The notes beneath the pieces were generated by a model that saw nothing but the letters and a program-made list of their open reading frames with translations, ran no database searches and was not told where the DNA came from. Of a stretch of DNA of 64,000 nucleotides, positions 49,286 to 59,381 are shown in pieces (the stretch's first letter is position 1; each line of letters opens with the position of its first letter). Origin of the DNA: Parcubacteria group bacterium (GTDB lineage: Bacteria; Patescibacteriota; Minisyncoccia; Moranbacterales; UBA2206). The position numbers and the translations under genes are program-made. The stretch covers positions 47,221 through 111,220 of the forward strand of contig JBAYWF010000003.1 of the NCBI GenBank assembly GCA_041674205.1. Direction: 5' to 3'.

Positions 49286-51127
49286 TCATCCGACCTGCTT
49301 TGCGATTTCTTTCGGGGTTATGATCGGCAGTTCCACGATGAATTGCGAACCTTTACCTTCGCCTTCCGACTCCACCCAGATGCGCCCGCCGTTGCCTTCG
49401 ATGAAGCCTTTGCACAGATACAAACCCAGTCCGGTGCCGCCGGCATTCAGGCGGCTGGTATCCAAGCCTCTCGAAAATTTAGCGAAAAGATGCGGGATTT
49501 CCTCTTTGGGAATGCCGATGCCGGTATCGGAAATGGTGATCCTGACCACCGGCCCGCTGATGTTTATGCTTTTTTCCTCCGGATTGCTGGTGACTGGCGG
49601 GACATAGCCGGATTTTTCCGCCTGTGTCAGAGCCAAGGTGACGCCGCCCGCCGGGCAATATTTCACCGCGTTATCCACCAGATTGGAAACCGCCTCGCGG
49701 ATGACCTTGCCGTCGATGGTGAGCTCCGGCAATGGGGTTTCCGGTTTTTCATATTTCAAATACAGGCCGTTATCCTTGGCTTTGATGAACAAGGTGTCCA
49801 TCACCTCCTGGCAGAGGTCTTCGATTTTCCATTTGGCGAAATCATATTTCATACCGCCGGATTCGATTTTGGAAGCGGCGAAAAGATCCTCGATCAAAAG
49901 ACCCATATTCTTGATGACAGTCAGGGTTTTGCCCAGCGCGTCCTTCTGCCCGGAAGATATTTCCCCATAGGAGCCTTCTTCGACCATCGACACATACCCC
50001 CGGATGCTGGTAAGCGGTCCGCGCAGGTCATGGGAAGCTCTCGCGATGAAGTCGGTTTTGGCCTGGTCGAGTTTTTTGAGTTCGACGTTAGCTACCGCCA
50101 GTTTGTCGGAAGTTTTCTGCAACTCGTCTTTCTTTTCTCCGAGTTCTTTGTTGGCGATGAACAGTTTCACGTTCTTGACGTTGATCTCCCGGTTGGCGGT
50201 TTGCAGTTCTTCCTTCTGTTCCACTTCTTTCTTGACCGATTTGATGAGATAGTAGCCGAAGACAAAAGACAAAAACAAAGTGATGCCGGTCAGGACCCGG
50301 TTGGTGTTGTTCCTGATAAAAGCGAATTGGGAAGCGATCAGGATGACCTGGGTGGCCACTAAGGCCTGGGCTCCCAGGAGCTTGATGTTGAAAGCTTTGA
50401 ATTTAACGATGAGGTATCCAAGGAAAAGAATGAAAACTGTCATTCCAAATAAGCCATATTGTTCAATCTCAAAAGCATACAGATAACCTTTTTCATCAAG
50501 ATAGCTAGCTAGAAATCCCGCAATAAAAAAAGAAAGGAAAAATAATAATAATCCTATAGAAGCATACCTAATTTTTTTCCTTTCATCTCCCCACGCTTTT
50601 CGATAGCCAAAAAAAGAAAAAATTATAGTTAAAAAAGCAAAGAATAATTCCAAAAAAAATATATAATAATCATAGATTTTTACAATCCCCGGACCAACCA
50701 TTGGCTCACAAATAGGCATATAAAATCCACTAGAATTTTTCAAATTAAACAAAATCGCCGGCATAATTATCATAGCTAGAAATATTTTAAATCCAATATT
50801 AATATCCTTTTTGTTGATAAAAACATAGATAAAATAAAAACACAAAAGAAAAAGCAAGGGATCTAAAATTCCAAGCAGAGACCAGAAAAACATAATCAAA
50901 CTACTATCCACATTTGTCCAAATAATAAGATTGAAAAATGTCCACAAGAAAAAAACAGCTGAAAGGGACAAAAGAATTTTACTCGCCAAATTCCTACTTC
51001 TATAAAAAACAAAAAAACCAAATAGCAAAGCAATCAATGCTGTTGGGATATGTGAGTAGTATAAAAGATGCGGAACTGAGTTAGAAAAAACTAAATATAA
51101 TGGAGCAGGTATGTCAGTACAAAACAT
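49286..51127 (-). CDS. Sensor histidine kinase with a multi-TM (7TM-like) N-terminal domain
   Basis: ASHDLRGPL H-box, NLVDNAVKY, DTGIGI, GTGLGLY, GKGSQF. Confidence 0.93.
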   Translation of the reverse strand: MFCTDIPAPLYLVFSNSVPHLLYYSHIPTALIALLFGFFVFYRSRNLASKILLSLSAVFFLWTFFNLIIWTNVDSSLIMFFWSLLGILDPLLFLLCFYFIYVFINKKDINIGFKIFLAMIIMPAILFNLKNSSGFYMPICEPMVGPGIVKIYDYYIFFLELFFAFLTIIFSFFGYRKAWGDERKKIRYASIGLLLFFLSFFIAGFLASYLDEKGYLYAFEIEQYGLFGMTVFILFLGYLIVKFKAFNIKLLGAQALVATQVILIASQFAFIRNNTNRVLTGITLFLSFVFGYYLIKSVKKEVEQKEELQTANREINVKNVKLFIANKELGEKKDELQKTSDKLAVANVELKKLDQAKTDFIARASHDLRGPLTSIRGYVSMVEEGSYGEISSGQKDALGKTLTVIKNMGLLIEDLFAASKIESGGMKYDFAKWKIEDLCQEVMDTLFIKAKDNGLYLKYEKPETPLPELTIDGKVIREAVSNLVDNAVKYCPAGGVTLALTQAEKSGYVPPVTSNPEEKSINISGPVVRITISDTGIGIPKEEIPHLFAKFSRGLDTSRLNAGGTGLGLYLCKGFIEGNGGRIWVESEGEGKGSQFIVELPIITPKEIAKQVG

Positions 51128-51169
51128 TTATATTTTTACCTTTAAATAATTAAGTTTCAAATTATTATA

Positions 51170-51667
51170 TTATACATTCATGTATTTTTTATTTTTTTTG
51201 AAATATTCTGGATTTTTCCAATCATTGCCCGTAATTATCTTGCGGCAATTCTTTGATCCACAAAGACAGGGCATCTTATATTCCGGGTCAGTCACTGAAA
51301 ATCCATAGTCATGCGTTAGTTCTTCTCCAGATTTAACATTCTTTATTAAAATCAAACTTCCTTTTTTGTCGTATCCCATATTTGGTTCACAACTATGATT
51401 ACCGAGCCATGCTATCGGCATATAATTCATATTGGGAACTGCATAAAAACCATCTTGGACTTGAGTCCCAAAATGGCCTACAACTTCTTTTGTTATTCTG
51501 TCTAATTTTTCATATACATCCTTACCAAAAAACTTATCAGAATATGAGAAATCATGATCTATAATAATTGTACCTTTTTTTAATGATCTTAAGGCAAACA
51601 AACCTGCTTCACCAGGAAGCATTTTTGATGGCTTAACTCCTATTATTACAGGGGGGAATTTAAACAT
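51170..51667 (-). CDS. SET-domain protein with post-SET
   Basis: GLFA…KKG, NHSCEPN, GEELTHDY, CLCGSKNCR. Confidence 0.92.
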   Translation of the reverse strand: MFKFPPVIIGVKPSKMLPGEAGLFALRSLKKGTIIIDHDFSYSDKFFGKDVYEKLDRITKEVVGHFGTQVQDGFYAVPNMNYMPIAWLGNHSCEPNMGYDKKGSLILIKNVKSGEELTHDYGFSVTDPEYKMPCLCGSKNCRKIITGNDWKNPEYFKKNKKYMNV

Positions 51668-51671
51668 ATTA

Positions 51672-52454
51672 TTATTTTATTAATTTAATTTTTAGATTAA
51701 AATTATTCGCACAATCAATTATATGTTTATTTACACCTGGCGGATAACTCCACCAATAAAAATCCTCATCATCAGTTTGATCTTCCGGATATAAACGCAC
51801 TATCAATGGCCTTAACCCAAATTCTTTCTCCACTCTTTCAATATTCGGCAAAACTATCTTTTCCACAAATCCAGCTTCTCCTTTTTCCCTGTCATCGAAA
51901 GAAAAAGTCTCAAACAAAATTCCGTGAGCAATCAGATGAAGCATCGTGTAATAATAATAACCTGAAACATCTTGAACTTTTTTTCTCCATTCCGGATTGT
52001 CATATATTTCCATTTCATAGCCGGAAATTTTGCAAAGATTGTGATGGAAATCAACCAGTTTTTCTCCATTTTTCAAAACACACTCATTCAATTTCTTTTT
52101 TTCATTCGTATGGAAATCCATCACATCGACAGTCGCTTTTTCGCCATTTTCCAATGTCACACGCAAACGCCCAAGCCCTTTCTTTTCTTCATTAAAAGAA
52201 ACGAAAATATCCTCGCTCTCCTCCCAAGCCAATGGCTCCGCCCCGACATATTTGGCGCATTGGTAGAGAAACACAAAACCATTATCTGGCGAAGCGACTT
52301 GCCGGTTCAAAACCGCCCTCGGCATATCTTTAAAGGGCGGCAAGAACTTATCCCCCAACTCCTCCTCGATCCTCTTCCTCAGCTCGACATCCGCCCAGCG
52401 TTTTTTCAGTTCTTCCCTGGCTTCGTCCAAGGACACATAGATACCATCCGCCAT
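51672..52454 (-). CDS. Hypothetical soluble protein (first gene of the SET/kinase operon)
   Basis: 260-aa ORF ending 4 bp before the SET gene. Confidence 0.75.
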   Translation of the reverse strand: MADGIYVSLDEAREELKKRWADVELRKRIEEELGDKFLPPFKDMPRAVLNRQVASPDNGFVFLYQCAKYVGAEPLAWEESEDIFVSFNEEKKGLGRLRVTLENGEKATVDVMDFHTNEKKKLNECVLKNGEKLVDFHHNLCKISGYEMEIYDNPEWRKKVQDVSGYYYYTMLHLIAHGILFETFSFDDREKGEAGFVEKIVLPNIERVEKEFGLRPLIVRLYPEDQTDDEDFYWWSYPPGVNKHIIDCANNFNLKIKLIK

Positions 52455-52575
52455 AATTTTACCCTTAAGATTTTCCGCTTTTTATGATTCCATTATACCA
52501 CAAACCCCCGGAATTGATAAAAGACACCGCGACCCGCGCGATGCCTTTTTTTTGTTGCCATATATATATGAGCTC

Positions 52576-53484
52576 TCACTTTTTGTGGTCTATCTTGAAG
52601 CTCGGCGAGGTAACGGAAACCTTGGGAAATTCATTGACCGTGATGCGGATTTTAGCCTTGTCCGTATCTTTTTTGATGATATCACGGAAAGGCTTGTCCT
52701 CCATATCCCAGCCCTTGGTTCCGTCGTTTTTTGTTGAAGATGCCAAGGTATACCAGCTTCCTCCCCCATTCAAGGAATATTCGATCTTGACCGTGGTGCT
52801 TTTGGGGACATTGGTCGTGTCCCAATCGATCGAATGTTCGCGATCGGTTTTCCAGGTGCCGCCGACCGGATCCTTGATGACGATTGACATCTTGGGCGGA
52901 GGCGGAACATATTTCTTGACCGTGAGATTGGCATATTCGTCAGTGTCATCCCTGTTAGAAATATATTTCTGGCCGCTGTCATGACTGATGATTTTGGCAT
53001 AGATATAATACTCGCCCAAATCATCAGGAGTCCGCAAAGGTTCTCCGTCCGAATCTTCGGTTTTCCGGTCTTGTAACATTTCGCCGCCTTGGATTTCATC
53101 GATCCAATCGGAAGCGATGTATTCATCATCACTATCACCGAAGATATAGTCACGAGACCTGTAATAACTGGTTTCCACATCCCTGGCTGGATCGTCTCCG
53201 GTATTTTCCAGTTCGATATGGATATGATAGCGGACGTCCGGCTCCTTAGACAGCTGGTGCTCGGAATAGCGATTACTGTCATCGGAGAGTTCAAGGTGCT
53301 TGACTTTGACGCGGGCGTCAGAAGCGCAATCATCTTCTCCGCCACATTCAGCATCAGGATTTTTTCCGATATCCCACAATAGCTGCCTTACCTCCTGATT
53401 AAGATTGTTTGCCCAGACGTTAGGAACGTTAAACGAAGCAAACAGCAACACGAAAACCATATGACCAACGAAACGTTTTAGCAT
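52576..53484 (-). CDS. Secreted protein with CARDB/Ig-like domains
   Basis: GGAGG RBS, signal peptide, ENTGD and IEYSLNGGGSW beta-sandwich patterns. Confidence 0.65.
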   Translation of the reverse strand: MLKRFVGHMVFVLLFASFNVPNVWANNLNQEVRQLLWDIGKNPDAECGGEDDCASDARVKVKHLELSDDSNRYSEHQLSKEPDVRYHIHIELENTGDDPARDVETSYYRSRDYIFGDSDDEYIASDWIDEIQGGEMLQDRKTEDSDGEPLRTPDDLGEYYIYAKIISHDSGQKYISNRDDTDEYANLTVKKYVPPPPKMSIVIKDPVGGTWKTDREHSIDWDTTNVPKSTTVKIEYSLNGGGSWYTLASSTKNDGTKGWDMEDKPFRDIIKKDTDKAKIRITVNEFPKVSVTSPSFKIDHKK

Positions 53485-53540
53485 TTTTCCTCCTCGAATC
53501 AATTCTGATTTGATTTTTTGTCATATCCGCTACATAGCCA

Positions 53541-54350
53541 TTATGGTATCGGGACGAATTTAACTCTGTACAACACAGGCAATATCCGCTGCAAAATGCT
53601 TGAGATTTGCGGATAACGCTCCAATATGTAGACAGGGAGGCCTGTGTTTTCAAGCAGATTGCAGAAATGACAGGCAACCTCAGGATCGACTCCTTGCGTA
53701 TTGAAAGCCTTTTTTGCTTCCCAAGCCTGGATTGGAGTAAATTTAACTATTTCAGAGCCTGGGATTGATAGATATACTTGGGATTTCTCTTCCACCCAGG
53801 AACGCATCCTATCCATTGAATTGCAGTCGAAGCATTCACATTCAGGCTCTCCAGGATTGTATTTATCCCAAAAAATGACACACACCGAATTGCTTCCCTT
53901 ATCGAACCAAAAAATCACATGAACATTCGACACTTCTAGACCGCTTTATACAGAAAAAAAATGTCGATTAAAATGCAAAGCGTATGGAATTTCCGTACCA
54001 GGAAAACAACCCGGTGCATTTTTCATTCGTGTAATAGTATGAGACTCGACTCCATCTTTAACATCGTATTCGTTAGATAAATGTGGAGTTTCTCCAAGAT
54101 AACCCTCGTAGTCATTTAGACTATATCAATTATCTGGCATATGCTTCTTTCTCAATTCATCAAACTTATTCCAGAAATCATCCGGATCACAGTTTGAATC
54201 TTGGGATATGTCTTGAATTTTTTTAGCAAGATCATTCAGAAGATTAGGCATCATGCCATCATTACTCGAACTTGAAAACGCATTAATCGCCATTGCAAGT
54301 CCACAAAAAAACAGACCAACCGTAAAAATCAATACCTTTCCTAGCCTCAT
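53541..54350 (-). pseudogene. Probable single secreted-protein gene broken by two nonsense codons
   Basis: ORFs 54126..54350 and 53541..53933 share a frame; only stops are TGA 54126-54128 and TAA 53946-53948. Confidence 0.5.
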
Positions 54351-54382
54351 TTCTTTCGTCTCCTTCTTTGAATCGATTGATT

Positions 54383-55069
54383 TTAATCCAGCTCACCTTT
54401 AGTTTCCAAGCCGAATCTGCCTCTTAGATATTCAATGAAAACATCCTCCTTGCCAATATCATCATAATATTCAACAGCAATCACATAATGTTGCCAACCT
54501 CCGACCCAAAAACGCATTATGATTCCCATCCTGGAATATTCAATGCTGCCCATATCCTCTTCGAATTGCCCTTCGAGAAGTCCTATTGTTTCATGATTTT
54601 TGAATTTTTCCGACATGATTTGCAAATATGAAATGGAAACACGACCTTTTGGATTGTTGTCTGATAAGTTTTCTGGCACTCCAAACAGATCCTCCCTCCT
54701 TTTTCTTATTTTATACACATCATATCCGTGCAATTGCATTGATGATTCTTTTCTATACAAAGAAACCTCGATGCCAATCTTCTTGAAAAAATCAATAAGC
54801 ATTTGGATATTAATTTCTCGCGAATTATATCTGACACCTATTATATCTTTTCCAAAATTATTCAATTTTTCTACAAAGAAAATTTCATAGATACTTTTTG
54901 GCATCCTCATATTATCCGGTACCCAACAAAGAAAAACATCATGAATAAATTTGCCCAGGGATCCATACTCCTCTATAATCTCCGCCTTGACCGACAAAAC
55001 CTCGAAACCTTCCGGAGCAAATGCCTCACTCCAAAATCCAATTTTATTTGATTCAGTACATATCTTCAT
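54383..55069 (-). CDS. Hypothetical protein
   Basis: AT-rich 228-aa ORF with GGGAG upstream. Confidence 0.6.
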   Translation of the reverse strand: MKICTESNKIGFWSEAFAPEGFEVLSVKAEIIEEYGSLGKFIHDVFLCWVPDNMRMPKSIYEIFFVEKLNNFGKDIIGVRYNSREINIQMLIDFFKKIGIEVSLYRKESSMQLHGYDVYKIRKRREDLFGVPENLSDNNPKGRVSISYLQIMSEKFKNHETIGLLEGQFEEDMGSIEYSRMGIIMRFWVGGWQHYVIAVEYYDDIGKEDVFIEYLRGRFGLETKGELD

Positions 55070-55146
55070 ACGTTTTCTCCCGATGTGTTAGTTATTATCC
55101 TCTATTCAGAGCTTACTTGACCGGTATTAGATTGTCAAAGGATAAC

Positions 55147-55375
55147 GGGGTCAGGAGCCTTTTTTATGGGCAGGTAATCAGGGTCAGGATCTTTTTAAGC
55201 CGTCCTCCTTGTTTTAGCGTTGAAATCAGACCTAGTTTTTTAACTATCTTTTTTATCCAACTATCATCCCCGAATGGCCGGTTTTTTTAATGGAATATCC
55301 GGTTGTTTCAATTTTTTCTTATTCACCTTTTTGTTTTTTGCATAATTTTTATTTGAATAAAAGGCACCTGACCCC
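55147..55375. mobile_element. MITE-like remnant with 17-bp inverted ends carrying a Y1/RAYT transposase 3' fragment
   Basis: ggggtcaggagcctttt / aaaaggcacctgacccc; interior repeated at 57832-57966. Confidence 0.6.
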
Positions 55376-55528
55376 ATTGTTTCGGAAGATTCAATCTTAG
55401 GAGCTAACCTTCGGGATTAGAGCTATATACATTTGACAGAAAAAGACTGGAAGTGTTACATTACGCTTAATATTACTTTCTTATTAACACGCTATGCCTT
55501 GTTTAACCCGTGTCCTAAAAAATAAAAT

Positions 55529-56536
55529 ATGTTAAGCAAGAAAAATGGATTCAACTCTAATGTAACTTTCGAGCGAATATCCTCTTTGACAAAATATCAG
55601 GTCACAAAAAAAATTGGCGTGCGACGTGATGAGTTGGCTTTTTCGGAAGCTATTGAGCTTGCTAAAGATATTACGGAATATCAAAACCAACTGCGATCTA
55701 TCGGAATTCCAATTCCACCAATCGACGAACTGGATGTAAAATACTTTCCAGAAACTGAAAAAGCTTCAATCGCCCTTTTAACACCTTGGGCTGGCGAAGA
55801 TGTTGAGTCAGTTATTCTTTCATTAGATACGGAACAAGACAAAAAAACAATAGAGTGGATTATAAAAGAAATGTGCCGTATAACATTACTAGCCTGCACC
55901 AAAAGAACAAAGGATGGGGAGTTATCTGTCGGCATTGACGCAAAGACAAATAATTTCACTGTAGCAATAGACAATTCCGGCAGGCGGACTATGTCTTATG
56001 TCGATCAATATCCTCCCCACTATTGGAAAAATGGAGTGCCTCTTTTGGAGTGGGTACCCCTAAAATCCCCTCTTGGCAAAGAATTGAATCGATTTAAATA
56101 TTTTGACTGGCGCGGTGTTTTTCTGACGCTAACATCCCAGTTGTGCCGAATTAGCCCATCGCTTAAAAAACAAGTGGAAGTAATCGCCCTTGATGAATTC
56201 AAGAAATGTTTCGCAGAATCTGAATTTAAAGAGTTCCATAATCAATTCATCGAGCTTCCTTGGATTATTTTCCGTAAAATGTTAGAAAAAAATAAATTAA
56301 CCCAAGCTGAACAGATAATTATGCAGTGCGTTTATGATAAAGTATTTGGCGTCAGATATAGCTTCTACACGCTTCGTGAAATAGCATTGGAGATGGCTAT
56401 GCGTCAATTAATTTCCCTGGATGAATTGCATAAATTATTTTTTGATTTATATTTTGAAGATGAAGAGTTTATGCCAGAACGATGGAAAAGCATCCAGGAA
56501 CGATTGTGTCGATTCGTTAGACGCCCCCTCCCATAA
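55529..56536 (+). CDS. Hypothetical protein, possible kinase-like fold
   Basis: DAKTNNF…YVD resembles the catalytic and Mg-binding loops. Confidence 0.55.
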   Translation: MLSKKNGFNSNVTFERISSLTKYQVTKKIGVRRDELAFSEAIELAKDITEYQNQLRSIGIPIPPIDELDVKYFPETEKASIALLTPWAGEDVESVILSLDTEQDKKTIEWIIKEMCRITLLACTKRTKDGELSVGIDAKTNNFTVAIDNSGRRTMSYVDQYPPHYWKNGVPLLEWVPLKSPLGKELNRFKYFDWRGVFLTLTSQLCRISPSLKKQVEVIALDEFKKCFAESEFKEFHNQFIELPWIIFRKMLEKNKLTQAEQIIMQCVYDKVFGVRYSFYTLREIALEMAMRQLISLDELHKLFFDLYFEDEEFMPERWKSIQERLCRFVRRPLP

Positions 56537-56569
56537 GTTAGAATTAATTTTTAAATTTACTAAATATCT

Positions 56570-57034
56570 ATGGCAAACTACATAAAATGGATCCGGGAAA
56601 GAGTTGGTCACGACCCGATAATACTAAACGCTTCTGCAGCCTTTGTTCTGAATGATGAAAATCAAGTTCTTTTATTGCGCCGCTCTGATCGCAATGAAGA
56701 AGTTTGGGGAGTGCCAGGCGGCATGATGGAAATAGGTGAATCAGCGGAGGATACGATGAAACGAGAAGTATTGGAAGAAACAGGGCTAAACGTAAAAGTT
56801 GAAAAATTTCTTGGAGCCTATACTAAAGACAGGTTTGACTCTTACCCGAATGGGGACAGGGCATATGTGATCCTTTTTGTTTTTGTGTGCCGCGTGATCG
56901 ATGGGGCACCTATCGCTAATAATGAAGAGGCGGCGGAACTGCGCTACTTTGATCCAGATAATTTTCCATCAACCTTCAGACATAAACAAGTTTTGGAAGA
57001 TTATAAATCCAACTTAAGCGGAATAATCAGATAA
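56570..57034 (+). CDS. NUDIX hydrolase
   Basis: WGVPGG…KREVLEETG, YPNGD. Confidence 0.92.
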   Translation: MANYIKWIRERVGHDPIILNASAAFVLNDENQVLLLRRSDRNEEVWGVPGGMMEIGESAEDTMKREVLEETGLNVKVEKFLGAYTKDRFDSYPNGDRAYVILFVFVCRVIDGAPIANNEEAAELRYFDPDNFPSTFRHKQVLEDYKSNLSGIIR

Positions 57035-57112
57035 AGATAATTAAAAACAATTCTATATAAATAAAATGAGCTTTGGTTGTCATACCAAAGCTCATCACTT
57101 TTCTTCCCCATT

Positions 57113-57721
57113 TTAAAATGATTGTTCTTGCTTGGTACGGTAGACTTCTTCCATCCTAGCCGGACCATTGATTCGCAAGAAAACTTCATAAGCTCCCTGT
57201 GGAATAAATTCTTTCCACGATTCTCCGCCTTCCATAACCTTTTTTATGATTCTTGCATTATGCAGTTTAAAAGGAGGAGAAACGGATTCATAATTTCGTC
57301 CTAGGAGCTCTGGAAATATCTTACCTCTCAACGCGTCAATACTTGCGTCGCCATCTTTTTTTTCTGGCCGTACAATCATGAATTCCGCAGGAGGATATCT
57401 CACGTTGAATTCTTTATCAAAGTACGGTCTTTTTGAAATATCACAGCTGATACGATGGTTCAGCTTACGACCTACTGTCCAGGCGTCCCACATCTCCTTT
57501 ACCTCATTGGGTGTAAAAGGATTTTTGCCTGGCGCATAAGATGTTTTTTCCGATGCTTTAATGTACTCCTCCCACCTTCCGATATCGAACCATTCTGGTT
57601 TTGGCGTGTTGTATACTACGCATATAGTAACAAATTGCCATTTATTGAGAATGGTCTCTACCGTACAAACATGGGCAATCGTGGGAGGCTGAAAGCGTCC
57701 CTGAAACAAAGCGTATTTCAT
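57113..57721 (-). CDS. HIGH-family nucleotidyltransferase (NadM/NMNAT-like)
   Basis: GRFQPPTIAH, NPFT..E, W.EFIP; GGAGG RBS. Confidence 0.75.
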   Translation of the reverse strand: MKYALFQGRFQPPTIAHVCTVETILNKWQFVTICVVYNTPKPEWFDIGRWEEYIKASEKTSYAPGKNPFTPNEVKEMWDAWTVGRKLNHRISCDISKRPYFDKEFNVRYPPAEFMIVRPEKKDGDASIDALRGKIFPELLGRNYESVSPPFKLHNARIIKKVMEGGESWKEFIPQGAYEVFLRINGPARMEEVYRTKQEQSF

Positions 57722-57817
57722 TGATCCTCCTTTGTGTTTTGGGGAAGAAGGTGGATATTTAAAGTATTATATGTTTGCCTATAGTTGTCAATATGACGTT
57801 TGATTCTAAAAAATAAT

Positions 57818-58040
57818 GGGGTTAAGCATATTTTTTAAGCCGTCCCCCTTGTTTTAGCGTTGAAATCAGACCTAGTTTTTCAGCTATCTTTTTTATCCAA
57901 CTATCATTTACGAATAGCCGGCCTTTTTTAATGGAATATCCGGTTGTTTCAATTTTTTCTTCTTCATTTTTTTTGCAAAGTATTCCGAGGTATTCCTGCC
58001 ATAACCGAAGCTTAGCATGTTTTTTACGGCATCTGACCTC
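57818..58040 (-). mobile_element. Second Y1/RAYT transposase 3' remnant
   Basis: ~135-bp direct repeat of 55192-55325; SIKKGRLF…WIKKIAEKLGLISTLKQGGR; ggcatctgacc end. Confidence 0.55.
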
Positions 58041-58126
58041 TTTATTCAATCGGGGTGCTATGGCATGTTTTGACTGGAATGAAGCGAAAAACCGGTTTTA
58101 GCCGGTTTTTTTGAAGTTTACGTTTT

Positions 58127-58612
58127 CTATTTAGCTCTTGCCAACACCAGTTTTTCCAGCTTGACCAATCTTTTCTCAAAAGCCTCCATCTTCTCCGTTT
58201 GATCGATTTTTCCAAGATTCTTTTTCATCTCTTTGAACTCAGATTTCAGATACCGGATCTCGTCATCGATATTGAAGAGATATTCTTTAACCACCTTGAA
58301 GTTTTCATTGGTTTGATCGCGAAATTCAAACAATCCCTTGAAATTTTCATTGGTTTGATCGCGAAATTCAAACAATCCCTTGAAATTTTCATTGGCTTGA
58401 TCGCGAAATTCAAACAATCCCTTGAAGTTTTTGCTTGTCTCATTCCTGAATTCAACCATCTCTCCTTTGAATTCCACAAATTCTTCATTATTGTCATCTA
58501 TTTTTTTATTCAAAGAAGAAAACTGCTCCAAAACCAAAACCAGCTTGGAATTCATATCTTCCAGAACGACGGTCTGCTGATCGCGTTTTGTTTTTTCGAT
58601 TTTCTTTTTCAT
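58127..58612 (-). CDS. Coiled-coil protein with 14-aa tandem repeats
   Basis: (ENFKGLFEFRDQT/AN) repeats. Confidence 0.75.
   Translation of the reverse strand: MKKKIEKTKRDQQTVVLEDMNSKLVLVLEQFSSLNKKIDDNNEEFVEFKGEMVEFRNETSKNFKGLFEFRDQANENFKGLFEFRDQTNENFKGLFEFRDQTNENFKVVKEYLFNIDDEIRYLKSEFKEMKKNLGKIDQTEKMEAFEKRLVKLEKLVLARAK
58294..58430. repeat. 42-bp tandem repeat, ~3.3 copies
   Basis: Units start at 58294, 58336, 58378 and 58420. Confidence 0.95.
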
Positions 58613-58805
58613 GCTCCATATTTTAACAAATCGCCTCTGGACAGTCAAACTTCCGGTTTGAGCCGGTTCTCAGGCATAATTTTCAGGCGGATAATTGGAG
58701 CCAGGCGCCGCAACCTGCGCGATGCCTTGGGAATACCTCCTCATAACAAAGCTTTCTTTTTTTGGCCATTGTTGTTATATTGATTCTATTATTGATAATT
58801 ACCCA

Positions 58806-59294
58806 ATGGAGAAAAACATCATTAAAATCGCCATCGTTATCCGCGACAAAGAAAACCCGGAAAATGTCCTTCTCATTAAGGAAAAGGTTGAAAAAAGCAG
58901 CGTTGCGAAATGGAATATTATAAAAGGAACTTGCGAGACGCAGAAAGAGGATATTTTTGAGGCAGCCGTAAGAGAATGCTTCGAGGAAGCGTCGGTCCAT
59001 ATCAGGATAGAATCTTCCTTGGGCTGTTTTTTTGTTTCAAAAGAAGATGGGTCAACCAGCATCCAATTCAATTTTCTGGCAAGCATCGGCTCGGGGAATA
59101 TCGGAATCCAGGATAAAAATTTCCAAAAGAAGCTAGGTGAAAACATATCGGAAGTGCGATGGTTCGACAAATCAGAAATAGCTGGAATGGATGACTCTGA
59201 ATTTGTTTCACCCCGCACGAAACTTCTTCTCGACAATTGGATGAACGGCCGGACATATCCGCTGGACAGCATATCCGTTATGGAAGAAAAGTAG
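58806..59294 (+). CDS. NUDIX hydrolase
   Basis: WNIIKG…AAVRECFEEAS. Confidence 0.85.
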   Translation: MEKNIIKIAIVIRDKENPENVLLIKEKVEKSSVAKWNIIKGTCETQKEDIFEAAVRECFEEASVHIRIESSLGCFFVSKEDGSTSIQFNFLASIGSGNIGIQDKNFQKKLGENISEVRWFDKSEIAGMDDSEFVSPRTKLLLDNWMNGRTYPLDSISVMEEK

Positions 59295-59381
59295 GAAAAA
59301 AATTATCCTCAAAGGCTGAAGATGTTCAGTCACAACTGTCCGAAATATCCACCGCCATATTTAAAGCACTTTCGGAATATA

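Noticed and set aside
54126-54128. TGA recoding (genetic code 25)
   Set aside because: Backbone genes end in TGA (e.g. mreC, murJ), and the same frame also contains a TAA
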